Assembly (NCBI GenBank): GCA_030324005.1
Contig: JARDVH010000031.1
Coordinates: 10,056,710 to 10,120,709, forward strand
Reading direction: 5' to 3'
From: Negaprion brevirostris
Taxonomy: Eukaryota
DNA: 64,000 nucleotides
Part shown: positions 11,936-25,712 of the stretch, piece after piece
Layout of the letters: each line of letters opens with the position of its first letter
How positions within the stretch are numbered: the stretch's first letter is position 1
Position numbers and translations under genes: made by a program
The notes under the pieces: model-generated
Database searches by the model: none
The model's input: only the letters and a program-made list of their open reading frames with translations
Told to the model about the DNA's origin: nothing

Positions 11936-14900
11936 ATAATCAAGAGCTATTAGTACCCACAGCTTGACTCCATGAAATTGTTGGGACCATTCATTTAAAC
12001 TCCATGGGTGGAATTTTCCCATCCTGCCTGCCACAGGAATTGTAGTGGGTAGGGATAGACCCATGCAAAGGCCCGCTGACCTCGGGCGGGAAGTTCTGGC
12101 GTTGGGATGAGCCCCATATGTGGTTCATGATAATCTATGGTACGCACCTAACTGGGCCGAGAAGAAAAAAAATGTTTAGATACTTCTATATTAAAGGGAT
12201 AATAAGGTTCAAAAGGACAAATTTTAAAAATTGGTATATTTCCCTTTCAAAAAATCATATTTGCCTATGGAGAAGACATGGCTATTCTGTTTATGTTGTT
12301 TTCTAACATTCTCATTGGCTGCTCATGACCGAATCTCATCATTGTTGGCATGTGGCATGTATCTGGACTAATATCTGCAAACATGGGACACGTGACAGCA
12401 AGGAGTCTGTGCTTTTCCATTTAATCCATAGTCATGTTTTATCTTTTTATATACTGTGATCTGTGAACACAATGGGCAGCATATGGAAAATATTTCCCGC
12501 TCCAGAAGCCAATATGAAATTTGTAGTATCTTGTGACCTTGGTGTCATTAATTATGCAGTCAGGGTTTCCTGACATGTTGCATAACAGGGAGGGCTGAAT
12601 GTCATGCATCCTGCCATTACATCTGGGCATCATATTTACAGTGTGCCTGGACATCCTCATGTTAATGCAACCAAGCTATGGAGATATGTAAAAGGGGAGG
12701 TGAAGGTCCATCACTGAAGTTTAATGATATCTCTCTGCTCATCCTCCTGGTTCCTGTCAAAGTCAGGAGGAAGCTGAGCAGGGAAACAAAACCTACATGT
12801 GACCAATGCTGTAAGCACCCAGATTGTACTGAGCAGGTCAGCCATACAATGCCAGAAAAAGATGAATGGCCTCATTCACTCAGCCAGGATAAGCAAGCTA
12901 CATCCGCCTGCACTAACCACAGCAAGACTAATGAATATCAGAGTACATGGACCTCAGTGGCAATAGCATAGTTGTGTCACAGAGTTCCACTACAGTGCAT
13001 ATGCATTATGATGGAGTGATCACTGTGCCTCTTGAACCCTTCCACATACAGAGACTGTTGCTGTAATGCTGTATGGAACAGGGGTGAAGAGAGAATGAGG
13101 TGAGGCGCAGAAGGCATCAGATACCTCCACAAATCAGATGCCTCCCTGAGCTTTCTCCTTGCATGTGGATGGGCTCAGAACTCTGGAGGGGGCACACCTG
13201 CAACTCTTCTGGACAACTTGCAGAGCAGTAATGCCATGTCACACAACAGTGGGCTATCTTAAAAGTGGAAGGATGGAACCTAACATCACTCTGCAATGTA
13301 CAAATAGATATAACACACAATTTCCCTCAAATCCATCTATCAAGAAGAGAAGATGGGAGGGGGCATTCACATTTGAGGTCACTTATGAATTTGAAAACAA
13401 CTCAGTTAACAGGAAAGGAGTGGGACAGGGCAACTGGAAATAGATCTTGGACTTGGACCTCCACTGAGTAAGGATCTATCCATGGTATAGAAACCCAAGG
13501 GTTGATTGTGCCTCCATGTTAGAGGCTGCTCATGCTTTCACTTGCTCTCTCCTCTCTCAGTTATAAGTGCCACCATGAACTGGCCAAGGCCCAAGGTTGA
13601 GGATTCCCTGTCAAGCTTTAGCAGAAGCCCTAGCCTGGACAGCAAAGAGAAAATTGGACAAGAAGAGAGATGTGCACCTGCATAGGGGTCAGGGCAGCCA
13701 TCCGCATCCTCCACCAGCCCAGAAACCCATTAACTCAGTGGGTATTAGGAAGTAAATAAGGGTCTCACACTCTAGTGGTCACTGCATGGACACATGTCTG
13801 CAGCAGGATGAGATAGGGTCAGCTGAGTTCATTAACACTCAGAGGACTGCTGGGGAAGAGGCATCTGTGAGGTCAGAGTCTGATGACGGGTCTCTCGAAT
13901 CGGCCTTCCAGCTCATGGAAAAGAGTCAGCAGGAGGCAGGGGAACATCAGGCAAGGTATTGGGAGGCCCTCAACAGAGTGGCATGCCAATCAAGAGGTTC
14001 ATCCGCCTGCCCTCTGATGAAGTGAAAATGACTTGGGCATGCATTGAGGCCTCCAAGGGGAGGCTGGTGTGATCTATGGTGGTCCAGCAGATCCTGCTAG
14101 AGATATGCGCACGCCAGCACTCTGGCGTGGTAGACATGGAGCAGCTGTTGCAGTTGACATGGTAGAGGGAATGAAGTATCTCAACCTCCCTCCAGGTACC
14201 CTGTCCCCTCAAGTTGTCAGATATGGGTCTTTAGGCACCCTAAGTGAGGAGGAGCAGAGGCTGAACACCTTTGGGTCATCCACTCACACATCTCAGAGAT
14301 TGTCCTAACCTTCCAAATCCACTTTGCCTATGATCCCTTCAACCTCATCCTCCATCACCACATAGGCAGCAGTTGGCTCCAGGACAACAGCAAAAGGAAG
14401 CCAGGGCCTTTCAGATTTCAGCTCTCTAGAGGGCAGCCGCCAAAGTCACCAAAGGCAACAGGGCCAATTAGTCAGCCAGTTGCCTCCACCCCTGCTGCAG
14501 ATGTCAGGTGAGCACCTCGACAAAATTAGTAGGCCATGAAAAATAAAGAAATTTTGATCACTGGTTGCATGAGTGAACAAATGATTGCCACAATTGTAAG
14601 CTCTGTAAATATAATCGCTTTCACAATTGTCCTGTATCAGATTGGTTCTTGAGGGTTAGCAGACACTCACCCCCACAGCACCTCTCCTACCGACACCCGA
14701 CTGTTCCAGACTGAATCTGCAGAAAGAAGGGTACATGGAAGGGCTTTTACAGGCCATGTGCGAAAACTCTCCTACATATGATGAGCCTTCATCCATTAAA
14801 ATGTCATAGCTCAGGTCTCTTGCACTGTCAATACTGCCTGCTGGGATTCCTTTGCCCAGTTGAGATGATCTGCATTTCCTTCCACCCACTAATCCGACTC

Positions 14901-15751
14901 CACTGAAGCATACTGAGACCTCCAACATCAGACTCTGCTAATTTTTGACCTCGCCTGCCTAGTGGTATGACATTCCTCCTGAATTCTGGCACCAGTTCAT
15001 CACTGCCAGTCACATACACCCTTTCCCCCATTGCCATTGGCAGCCCCTTGCCTCTGGCATTTCCATCAACCTCCCCACTACTAGCCTACAACCTGCTCCC
15101 TTTTCCTTTGATACTGTCAGGTAAATGTACACGTTTCCTTCCACCCTGACAATCCTACCCCGCCCCCCCCATACACATTGACCTGCCCATTCTCCACCTG
15201 TCCACCCTCCTTGTCACTGTTTACCTTTGAGTCCCTACTAATGACCTTCACTACTTCTTCATGTGATGCCGTCACACACTTACCCTCATTTACCCTCCCA
15301 CCCTACCAGCTCCCTCTGCCCTGTAACCCTGAACATTTCATCGTACTACGCCCACCCTGGGCTTGCTCTCCAGTAGTCAACGGCTGATTCCACGGACTCC
15401 TCCCAGTGAGCCAGTTTACATCACTAGACGTAACACCCCTCTCTATCTTCACACAAGGACATTCCTTCTCCTCCCACTTCACACACATGGACATAACCAC
15501 ATAACCACCCATCCCACTCTGTCATGAGGCAACCAATATGGCCTAGCCCAACCACCCTCTCCATTCCTCTGCTGCCTTATCATACCACTGTGATAGTCTT
15601 TCCAGCATCTCTGAAACCAATAGCCCTGTTCCAGGCTCCATTACTTCACCATTGTTTCAATCCACAACTAGCCTTCTTTAACCAATGCTCCCAACAGTCC
15701 TTCACCTTCCAACAATACCTCCTGCTGTTTTCTCTCTGCAGCTCGAAAATC

Positions 15752-16083
15752 TGATCCCATGTTGAAGATCCTGGAAATAGGTTTGAACCTGTGGTGAAGA
15801 TCTTAGAAGAAGGTCCAATACTGAGGCAAATTCCCTAAGGAAGATTCAAACCCATGGCTAAGTCCCTAGAAGAAGNNNNNNNNNNNNNNNNNNNNNNNNN
15901 NNNNNNNNNNNNNNNNNNNNNNNNNNNNNNNNNNNNNNNNNNNNNNNNNNNNNNNNNNNNNNNNNNNNNNNNNNNCTAAGTCCCTAGAAGAAGTTTCAAG
16001 CCCATGATAAAGTCCCGAGAAGGTCAGAAACCCTGATTAAGTGCCTCGAGCATAGTTCAAACACATACAACATCCCTGGAAGG
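15752..16083 (+). repeat. Degenerate minisatellite, ~31-32 bp unit, spanning a gap
   Basis: Repeated aagtccctagaagaagg(t/a)tcaaacccatgg-like units. Confidence 0.8.
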
Positions 16084-16085
16084 AA

Positions 16086-16426
16086 CGGTGCACAATGGCA
16101 CAGTAATTAGCACTGCTGCCTCACAGTGCCAGGGACATGGATTCAATTCTGACCTTGGACCTGACTGTGTGGAGTTTGCACATTCTCCCTGTGTCTGTGT
16201 GGTATGCTCCGGTTTCCTCCCACACTCCAAAGATGTGAGGATTAGGTTGACTGGCCATGCTAAATTGTCCCTCAGTGTCCCAAGATGTGTAGGTTGGGGG
16301 ATTAGCAGGGTAAATGCATGGGGTTACAGGGATAGGAATTGGGCGGAATTGTTGTCGGTGGAGGCTCAATGGACCTAATGGCCTCCTTCTACATTGTAGG
16401 GATTCTATAATTCTGTGATTCTATGA
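16086..16426 (+). mobile_element. Near full-length HE1-like tRNA-derived SINE
   Basis: A-box-like tggcacagtaattagc and B-box-like gattcaattc; core gtgtggagtttgcacattctccc...ccatgctaaattg; CR1/HER1-like tail with ttctatga-type repeats. Confidence 0.85.
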
Positions 16427-19400
16427 AGTCTGAACTTGAGTGAGGCTGCTGGGTGGAAGGTGCTTCTCAGAGAACCCACATGGATGAAGCTCCACCCACC
16501 CAGTGCTACAAGTGGTGTTTCAGCAACCGGTAGCTAGAGGCCTCCCATCTTCTCAAAGGATGTTCGCAAGCTGACGAAGGCCTTTAAGGTAAGTGCTGGC
16601 TTTTGCATTCCACGTTGCTCCAGATGTGCTCTGGACTGATGTGTTTTTCAATTAGCACCAGAGAAAATCATGTGTCGGGGGAGCCAGCACGAAATTGAAT
16701 TTTGGACTTTCTGCTAAATTCTCCCTACCGCCTGCCATTGATCCTGGGAGAATTCCAATGTAATTAAAAAACATCTTGTCACTGATAAGTTTAACTTCAT
16801 TAGTAACCAGTTGACATTAAAATAACTTGCACCATAATGATAAGAGTATTTTAAATATAATTTACTGTGATCCAAAAGGAATCCTCAAAAATGCACTGGC
16901 AAAGTCATTACCAGAATTTAAATTACAATATGCTAGAATTTGTAGTTCAGGCAAATGACATAACAATGACTGATTGGTTACCAGGTAACTATTGGTTACC
17001 AGGTAACTACATGACTATTTCTATAGCAACAGGTGCTCACCGTTTCAGTTACATTGATCCCACGGAGCAGTCACTATTCTAATTTTTCTTGTATACCAAA
17101 TGCTTTTGACAAGAAATCTTATCACAATACCAAAGCAACACTGGCTTCATGTGACCTCTGGCTCCTAAAAAAAATGCCTTTCAAATATGTTAATACATTC
17201 ATAAATAAAATCTAATGTGAATGGGGAAGGTCAGTATTTATTTATATTGCAAATTTAGCAAGGGCAAGTGAGAAAGGGAGCAATAAATGACAGGCTTTAT
17301 CCAAGTTCTTATTTGTGACGCCATCATGAGAAAAGATTGGGCAACTGTAGATGCGTTGGCCAAAACTTTGTCTACTGAAGGCAACAGATTAAAATACGTA
17401 ACTAGCATCTCTGTAATTTTCAGAAGAGAACTTGTGACAGGCCAGGAACTGTGATTTGAAAAAAACTATTCTATAATGTACTGGATAAGCTTTTTAAGAA
17501 AACATAAAAGATGCCACCATATATCAATGATGGATTAAATTTGCTCCAAAAGTGCAGTATTTAAAGTATTGCAATGCTTTTATATATTAACTAACTTAGA
17601 ATAAATAGTTTAACAGCAGATTTAAGATAGCACATCTAGAATTTCATACAAATATATTAGTTGGTGTAAAGCCAGATAAAATTACCCATGCATCACCTTT
17701 ATTTAGTTACAATATTAAAAATAAAAACGTGTAATAAGCAGACAACTTATTTGAATAAATGTCTGGGTTTTTAAACAGTACAATTCTGCTATGCTACCTT
17801 ACAGCCTGCAAAAATGAACATTTAAGCTGTGCTAAAAGACATCAGAATCATGTGCAAACTTTAGGAAACACATGAAAATGACTGAGTTCTGAAAGCTTAT
17901 TCAAAGAGCATGGCAATGTCATCTGTGCACCGCTGCAGAATGCCTGAATGGTTCCCAAAAAAATATTTTTGCAAATGGCTAGATGCAAATAAGTTGAATC
18001 AAGCATAATATTGGGGGACTTTTTAATGGAAATGTCATTTAAAAAGAGGAACTCTGACATTAAAAATTACAAAGTTGCTGTTTGACAGGTGCAAAGCCAT
18101 CCAACGGTCTCATTACCACACAAACAGTCCCATATGCATGTAGAGAGGTTGTTAATTCTCAAGGTGCCCTTTTAAAGTATACAAATTCCCAGTGCAATGT
18201 ACGTGCACATAAAATGTAGAAATTAAGTCTACTTAGACTACTAGAAGATGAGGGGTAACAGACAGTTATCCCTTTGAAGCTCAGTACAATTGAAGAGCTG
18301 ATCCAGCAATCTGCATCATTCTGGTTTGCCAGTGCTTGTATTCATGAAAGATCAACAGATAATATCTTCACGGCTGGAACTGAAAACACATGCTGCTTTG
18401 CTGTAGATCAACCACCTGTGTTTCTGCCTATAGCTCTGCTCTCTTCAAACCATACACCACTAACTGGAGTTATCTGAATTACAACCATGGTCAACCTAAC
18501 ACCATTTAACCTCAAACTTGCTGCCCACACAGAATTCAGCAACCATGTAAATAAATGCGTAATGAACAGACTAATTTTAGACATGAGATTATCAGCCTAT
18601 AACATATTTTTTCCTTTCAAACTGATATTTAGTTTAGTCTACCAATGAATTGATCAGTAAACTCAGGGAAGTATTCCCTGGAATGATTTTATTAAATGAC
18701 ACAGAATACAAATTGGCTTACTAAGGTATTTTAACTCCTCAATTGAAGTCTTGAAAACATTCCCCTGATATGTATTATTGTCTGACAAAGAGGGAAAGAA
18801 AAAACTTAAGCTGAGAGGTGACAGACTGACTAAATCATGCTAATTCATGCTGCAGAGAATGATCATGAACTAGACTACTGTATAATTGGCATTGTCAGCA
18901 TTGAGATTAGGGATGTGTGGAAATGTAGCTGATGGNNNNNNNNNNNNNNNNNNNNNNNNNNNNNNNNNNNNNNNNNNNNNNNNNNNNNNNNNNNNNNNNN
19001 NNNNNNNNNNNNNNNNNNNNNNNNNNNNNNNNNNNGGTACTGGGAGCGGTGGCGGGGTGTGGGGCGGGGGGGAGAAGAAGTAAGGATTCTCATTCTTCAT
19101 CACTTTCTAGCATCTACTTTTGGAAATTAATGTGTGGTGGCTTGCTTATTTTGCTCCCCTTCTTCCAGATGACAAACTGTACACCAGGAATCATCGAACA
19201 GGCTTATACAAGAAGTACAGACGTTTAGGCAGTTCTCCTAGAATTTCATCCCAGCATGAAAACTAATATTCAGGAAAACAGAGATATGTGCTTAAAACTT
19301 GCAAAAATTGAATGATAACAATCCAACTTATTCCATTTTTCTCATTAGTTGAAATATTCAAAAGCTGATGGTGAATTTTAGTCTCAAGGGCTGAATATGT

Positions 19401-19859
19401 ATATTCTTTAATTGCCTCAGTGCTTTGCTAGACTATTTACTTAACAGCTGCTTCCAGCCAATGTTCTTTCACTACATCAGGAAATTAAAAAAAAGTATAT
19501 TTGAAAGGATTTGCTGTAAATTTCTGCAATATAAATTTGGTGCAGTAAGAACATCCTCTGAAATGATGGGAAATTAGGGATGGGCAACAAATGTTGGCTC
19601 AGACAGCGACGCTCACATCCCGTAAATGAATAAAAAGGTAGAATTAGCTTCAAATATGTCATTTTGAATTTAGTGGCCCATCTCAGATCCTGAGAAGGTG
19701 ACGATTAAGATTATGCTTTCACTTCAATTAGGAAATTGCACTGATGGCTTAGTATATCACTAAGCCACATAAAACAACAATCCCAGGTTAAAACAGATTA
19801 AAATTCATTAGAGCAGTAATCTTCCAGGATTGAACTGACATTCACATCACACGTGTAGG

Positions 19860-20560
19860 CAATGACCATCTCAAACAGAAGAGAATCTAACCATCTTCCC
19901 TTGATGTCTAATGGCATTATCATCACTAAATGTCCCACTATCAACATTTTTGAGGTTACCATTGACTGGAAATTGAACTGGACCAGTCATATAAATACTG
20001 AGGCTAAAACAGCAGGTCAGAAGATGGGAATTTCCACCTGAGTAACTCATCTCCTGACTCCCCAAAACCTCACCATCATCTACAAGGCATAAGTGAGGAG
20101 TATGATGAATACTCTGCACTTGCTTGGATGAGCTTCAACAAAATTCAAGAAACTCAACATTACGCAGGCCAGCTTGATAGGCATCACATTCATTGACTTA
20201 ACATTCACTCCTTCCACCACCAACAATGGTGGTTGTGTATTATATACAAGCATCATCATAGCAACTCACTAAGGTTCCTTTGACTGCATCTTCCTAACCC
20301 ACAACCTCTATCACCTCGAAGGACAAAGTCAGCAGACATTTGGGACACCACCAGCTGGTATGTTCCTTCCCAAATCACACACCTTGGAACTGTCATAGAG
20401 TCAAAATACTGATTTCAAACTCCTTTCCCACAGCTGTATAAGTATACCTGCACCAGGTGGACTGCAGCAGCTCAAAAGTCAGCTCACACCGTCTTCTTAT
20501 GGATAATTAGGGATGGCCAGCATGCCAGCCTTGCCAGTGATGCCCATATGTCAAGGAAAA
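19860..20560 (+). mobile_element. CR1/L2-group LINE 3' end
   Basis: accatcatctacaaggcataagtgaggagtatgatgaatactc; tail ttagggatggcc. Same family as the minus-strand copies at 26965 and 27935. Confidence 0.75.
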
Positions 20561-20822
20561 AACAAAAAGTATACTATTAGATAGGGACAACTGGCTTTTG
20601 TGCTCTTAGGCCAGGGAGAGGGAAATTAGTTATTCCATGAACAATTGAAGAATGAGTTTGGCTGCAATGCCCCTGTGACTGAATGGCCTCACTGTCCAGA
20701 CTCATGCATAAGTAATAGTCAATGCAACAGCAGCAGTCAATGCCTCTGGGAGGAGGAGAAATAAAAATGTGAGACTTCTCTTTGAAGTCTCACAACCAGA
20801 CTGTGGGCAGGTGCTCTAAATA

Positions 20823-20907
20823 GATCATAGATTATAGAACCCTACAGTGCAGAAAGAGGCCCTTCGGCCCATCGAGTCTGCACCGAACACAATCCCACCC
20901 AGGCCCT
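20823..20907 (-). mobile_element. HE1-like SINE 3' end
   Basis: atagaaccctacagtgcagaaagaggcccttcggcccatcgagtctgcacc. Confidence 0.75.
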
Positions 20908-21285
20908 NNNNNNNNNNNNNNNNNNNNNNNNNNNNNNNNNNNNNNNNNNNNNNNNNNNNNNNNNNNNNNNNNNNNNNNNNNNNNNNNNNNNNNNNNNNNN
21001 NNNNNNNNNNNNNNNNNNNNNNNNNNNNNNNNNNNNNNNNNNNNNNNNNNNNNNNNNNNNNNNNNNNNNNNNNNNNNNNNNNNNNNNNNNNNNNNNNNNN
21101 NNNNNNNNNNNNNNNNNNNNNNNNNNNNNNNNNNNNNNNNNNNNNNNNNNNNNNNNNNNNNNNNNNNNNNNNNNNNNNNNNNNNNNNNNNNNNNNNNNNN
21201 NNNNNNNNNNNNNNNNNNNNNNNNNNNNNNNNNNNNNNNNNNNNNNNNNNNNNNNNNNNNNNNNNNNNNNNNNNNNNNNNNNNNN

Positions 21286-21360
21286 CGGTTGGACTAAAAC
21301 CTGGTGTTGTCAGACTTTTTACTGTGTTTACGCCAGTCCAACGCCGGCATACCCACATTA
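21286..21360 (+). mobile_element. Penelope-like terminal fragment
   Basis: gttggactaaaacctggtgttgt...ccagtccaacgccggcat matches 35015-35085. Confidence 0.6.
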
Positions 21361-22544
21361 TAGCTGACATCACCCAACATTTTGTCACAGAAAGAGGAGA
21401 TCACATTGAGCAACTTCAGTTGGCAGCCAATTTTCTACAACAACTTAAATTGATCACCTCAGTTTACATGATAAATGCCTTGGTGAGATAGTTGTCTCCT
21501 TTGTTTAAGGCATTTATCTTGCAACTACTGGACTGAGAAGATACTATCAATTGTAGATCTTCACTGAGATTTAGGTTGAGTATGTTCAGCCAGCATCTTC
21601 AGTATGACAATGGCAACACAGCAAATACCTTTCACATGATGCTCAGCTGGCAGGTAAGGAGGTCTTGGTATTTCCTGCCTCTGAGCCAAAAGCTCCAGAT
21701 TTGAGTTTCACTTCAGAATTTGATGGCTAGGGACAATACATTCATAATAGGGCCAAACAAGGTCAATTATCAACCCACCAATCTTTCCAACATACGTAAG
21801 AGTGGAGGAAACTCCTGGTCAGCTATGCTTGATACGGAAGGGTGGCCCTTCAAACTTTAGTCTCTAGCTTCATGCTAGCAACCTTTGCCAGGAAAATCAA
21901 ACTAGGGAGGCCAGATGTTAGTGCATGCTTTGTATGTCTCATGCATCTCTAGACACAAGAAATCTTCTAATTCTCAGTCTAATTCAGAAGGGAGGTGCCT
22001 CAATAGTTACAATCGTTGTGGTTCCCCTTGCACAGAGTCACACTCTTTGCATCATACATATCTTGGGACACTGCTCCTTCCCTTCAGCGGGGACTACAAA
22101 ATCCATGCAGACATGCTGTGAGATTTCAGTATAGGATCAGCGTCAAATAGGTCACTAAGACTATCAGCAACAACAAAGTGTATCAAACAGATCTTTTGAA
22201 TTTAATAGAATTCAACAACAATATGGTTTCCCCATCTGAAATTAGACAAACTGAACCTAATTTACAGTAAAATTAGGCAATAATTAAATATTAAAGTAGC
22301 AGAGATAGTGCATTACGTGATTACTAATACATTGTAATAGCATGGTTTCGGACAGGATCTTTGGTACATTTAGCCTACTTATACACATTGATGTATTCCT
22401 AATTCCAAACTGCTATCAAGAACTTATCTAGTTTCTTCTTGAAATCCATTAAAGTCCTTATCCACTGCCTTGTCCAATATTTTGTTAATAAAATGTTTCA
22501 ATTGGATTTTATATTTCCTTTAATGGTCCTTAATTTGTAAATAT

Positions 22545-23385
22545 TTGACAAGGTCCCGCATGGCAGTTTGGTCAAAAAAGTGAAAGCCCATGGGATACAA
22601 GATAATGTGGCAAATTGGATAAAAATTGGCTTAGTAACAGGAAACAAAGGGAAATGGTTGATGGATACCCTTGCGAGTGGAAAGTTGTTTCAAGTAGTCT
22701 TCATCAGGGCTTGGTGTTGGGACCTTTGCTGTTTGTGTTATATATTAACAATTTGGACATGAATGTGGAGGCACAATTGGGAAATTTGCAGTCTGCAAAG
22801 ATTGGACGAGTAGTCAATAGTTGTAGATATGCTTAGAGAATCGCTATAATCTCCAAAACGATATAGATGGGTTGGTGGAGTGAGCTGTAAGATGGCAGAT
22901 GAATTTTAATAAAGTGTGAGGTATTGCATTTAGGGAGATAAAATAGTTATAGGAAATACACAACAAATGGGAATATACTAAGAGAGATAAATAAAGTGAG
23001 AGATTTTGGCACACAGGTCCCTAAAGGCTGCAGTTTAAGTCAACAAGGTTGTAAAGAATGCTCTCCTTCATTGGCAGAGGTATAGAATATAAAAACAAAG
23101 ATATAATTAATGCTGGAATTATGTATAACACTGCTTGAGGCCACATCTGGAGTATTATATGTAGCTCTGCCCACCGCATTACAGAAAGGATACAATTGCT
23201 CTGGAGAGTACAGAAGAGGTTGACAAGAATGTTATCAGGACTAGAAAAATGTAGCTATGAGGAGAGGTTACATAGGTTGGGATTATTTTTCTTGGAACAA
23301 AGAGGGTTGAGGATTGAGTGGACAGGATAAAATTGTTTCCTTTGGTGAAGAATTCTAGAACTGGGGACAAAGATTCAAAATAAAG
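22545..23385 (+). mobile_element. CR1 LINE RT fragment
   Basis: ORFs contain KVKAHGIQDNVANWI, NWLSNRKQR and QGLVLGPLLFVLYINNLD. Confidence 0.9.
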
Positions 23386-24299
23386 AAAATAAATACAGAA
23401 CTAAAGTTAATAAATTCCTCAAATAAGCTTCATTATAACATATTTTTCATACAACAAATTGGTCTCAAGCTGTTGACCAACAGAGTAATTTATAATCATT
23501 TGTGCTGGTCATCTAACATCAACAGTAAAATTCCGCTTTCTTTCGGGGCACTTTTGACTCTAAATGATGATGTAAAAATTGAATTAACTGTCCACATCTA
23601 TGAAAAGGAACTTCGATATAGTGTATCAAAGTGGCTAATTTTACACCATCAGTGAAAGTAAAAATGAACCCTTGCATTTTATAGCTCTAATCTACCTTAG
23701 CTCTGTATTGGGACTCCCACATTTCTAAATCTAAACCTATGAAAGTGCTCTTTCATCCAGCTCTGAAATTATCTTATAGTCAGCTGGGTGAATGAGATTG
23801 TGATTTAAAAGAATATTTATACTAATATGATTATATTTAATATAGAAAGTGAAGGTGACAAGCGTATTTATAATAAAAATCAGGGATAACAATTTTTCAA
23901 ATTCAGTGGGCCCAATTTTGCCTTGATTACTGCAGAAAGAAGATTTTTGAAATACCGTCAAAATGTACACTGCAGCATGAAGTTGAAGATATGTCATGGT
24001 CGTTAATGACACATTTAGAGTTTTTGGTTTTCTTAGCTACCATTAAAGGATTTCAATGAAAGCTCAGATAAAGTCTCTTTATTTGCCACTTCCAATATGT
24101 CAGTAAAGCCTCTAAGTTGTCGTTGATGATTTTAGCTTGACACATCATGCATTCACATGGCACTTCGCTGACCATATTTTAACAGACGCATTAACTAATT
24201 TATTTTAAAAGCTTGTCATAACAATGCGGTATCCATATGAAGAAGGGTGCTTATGTGCTCATGCTTCCCCAGCTGGTCTCATCGCACTTTTGAAAAAAA

Positions 24300-25690
24300 C
24301 AATTGCTGATTGGTTCCTTGGAGGAGTGCAATCACAGCCAAATTTGTGGCAGAAAACGGAAAGAGCAGCAGTGACAGAGGATTTGTTAGTTAAAGGAACA
24401 GATAGGATGGCATGTTGCCTCGCTGGTGCCAGGGTTAAGGATGTCACAGAGCAGGACATTCTTCTGGAGGAGACTGAACAGCCAGAGGTCCTTGTCCACG
24501 TTGGTACCAATGACTTAGGAAAGAGGATGAGGTCCTGAAAGCAGATTTCAGGAAGCTCGGAAGGAGAGTGAGAAGCAAGACTTCTAAAGCAGTAATCTCA
24601 AGATTACTTCCAGTCCCAGGTACTAAAGAGCACAGAATCAGGAGAATTGAGACGTTGAATATGTGGCTGGAGAACTGGTGCAGGAGGGAGGACATCAGAT
24701 TCTTGAGCATTGGAACAAATTCCGGGGCAGGTGGGACCTGTACAAGATGGACAAGCTGCATCTTAGCAGGACTGGGCCTAACATCCTTGCAAGCAGAATT
24801 GCTAGTGCTGTTGGGGAGCAATTAAACTAGATTAGAGGTATGGGAATCTGAGAGGGAACTCACAGCTGAGGGAAGCAAAACTGGTAAAAGGAAGTAAAAA
24901 AGTTGAAGAGTTTAAAGCCATTGAATGCTTGTAGCTTCTTTCAAAATGGTTGATGATTTGAATACACAAATAAAAGTACATGGGTATGAAACTGCCATTA
25001 TGGAGATGTGGCTATAGGGTGACCAAGATTGGGAACTGAACATCCAAGGATATGCACCATATATGAAGGATAGGCAAAAAGGAAAAACAGGTGGGATAGC
25101 AGTCTTAATAAAGGACCAGATCAGTACATTGGTAAGAGAGGAGCTTAGATCAAAGGATCAAGATGTAGAATTAGTTTGGATAGAGGTCTGAATCAGCAAA
25201 CATTGGTGGGAATTGTTTATAGGCCACCAAATGCAGTGCTAATGCACAGCATAGATCAGGAAATTAGAGGAGCGTGTGACATGAGTATTACAGAAATAAT
25301 TGGCAACTTAAATCTACACAGAAACTGGCTTAACCAAATCAGCATTAATGCAGTTGATGATGAATTCCTTGAGTGTGCGTGAGTTGGGTTTCTGGAGCAG
25401 TATGTTGAGAAATCAGGCCATTCTGTATTTTGTGTTGAGTAAGGAGAATCGGCTAATTAATAATCTTGTTATGAAGGAGCCAATGGGAAATAATGACTGT
25501 AATACAGAATTTCACATTAAGTTTGAATGCAATATATTTCATTTTGAAACTAGGATTTTAAGTCTGAAGAAAGGAAATGAAAGTATGAAAGAGCAAGATG
25601 GCTCTGCTGGATTGGGGAAAATACATTAAAAGATTTGACGATAGACAAATAATGGCTAATATTTAAAGAAATTCTATACGGTCTATGAAA
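24300..25690 (+). mobile_element. CR1 LINE ORF1 (esterase-like) plus start of ORF2 endonuclease
   Basis: CCLAGARVKDVTE..PEVLVHVGTNDLG, LNMWLENWCRRE and TLVGIVYRPPN. Confidence 0.88.
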
Positions 25691-25712
25691 GATATATATT
25701 GAGTATATCAAT

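Larger units (their letters stand above)
12480..16760 (+). mobile_element. Decayed PIF/Harbinger-type element with Myb/SANT-like gene relic (boundaries approximate)
   Basis: PSLKFNDISLLILL..VKVRRK (ORF 12678..12971) and, in another frame, QCQKKMNGLIHSAR (~12847-12889) match the Harbinger Myb/SANT pattern PRFSD..LE.LL.....QCRKK.NDL. The block is GC-elevated. Confidence 0.6.

Noticed and set aside
15752-16083. CRISPR-like periodicity
   Set aside because: Tandem degenerate units without unique spacers, in a vertebrate genome with no cas genes.
16086-16160. tRNA-like A/B boxes (also 32268-32330)
   Set aside because: These are SINE heads continuing into the SINE body; there is no complete cloverleaf.
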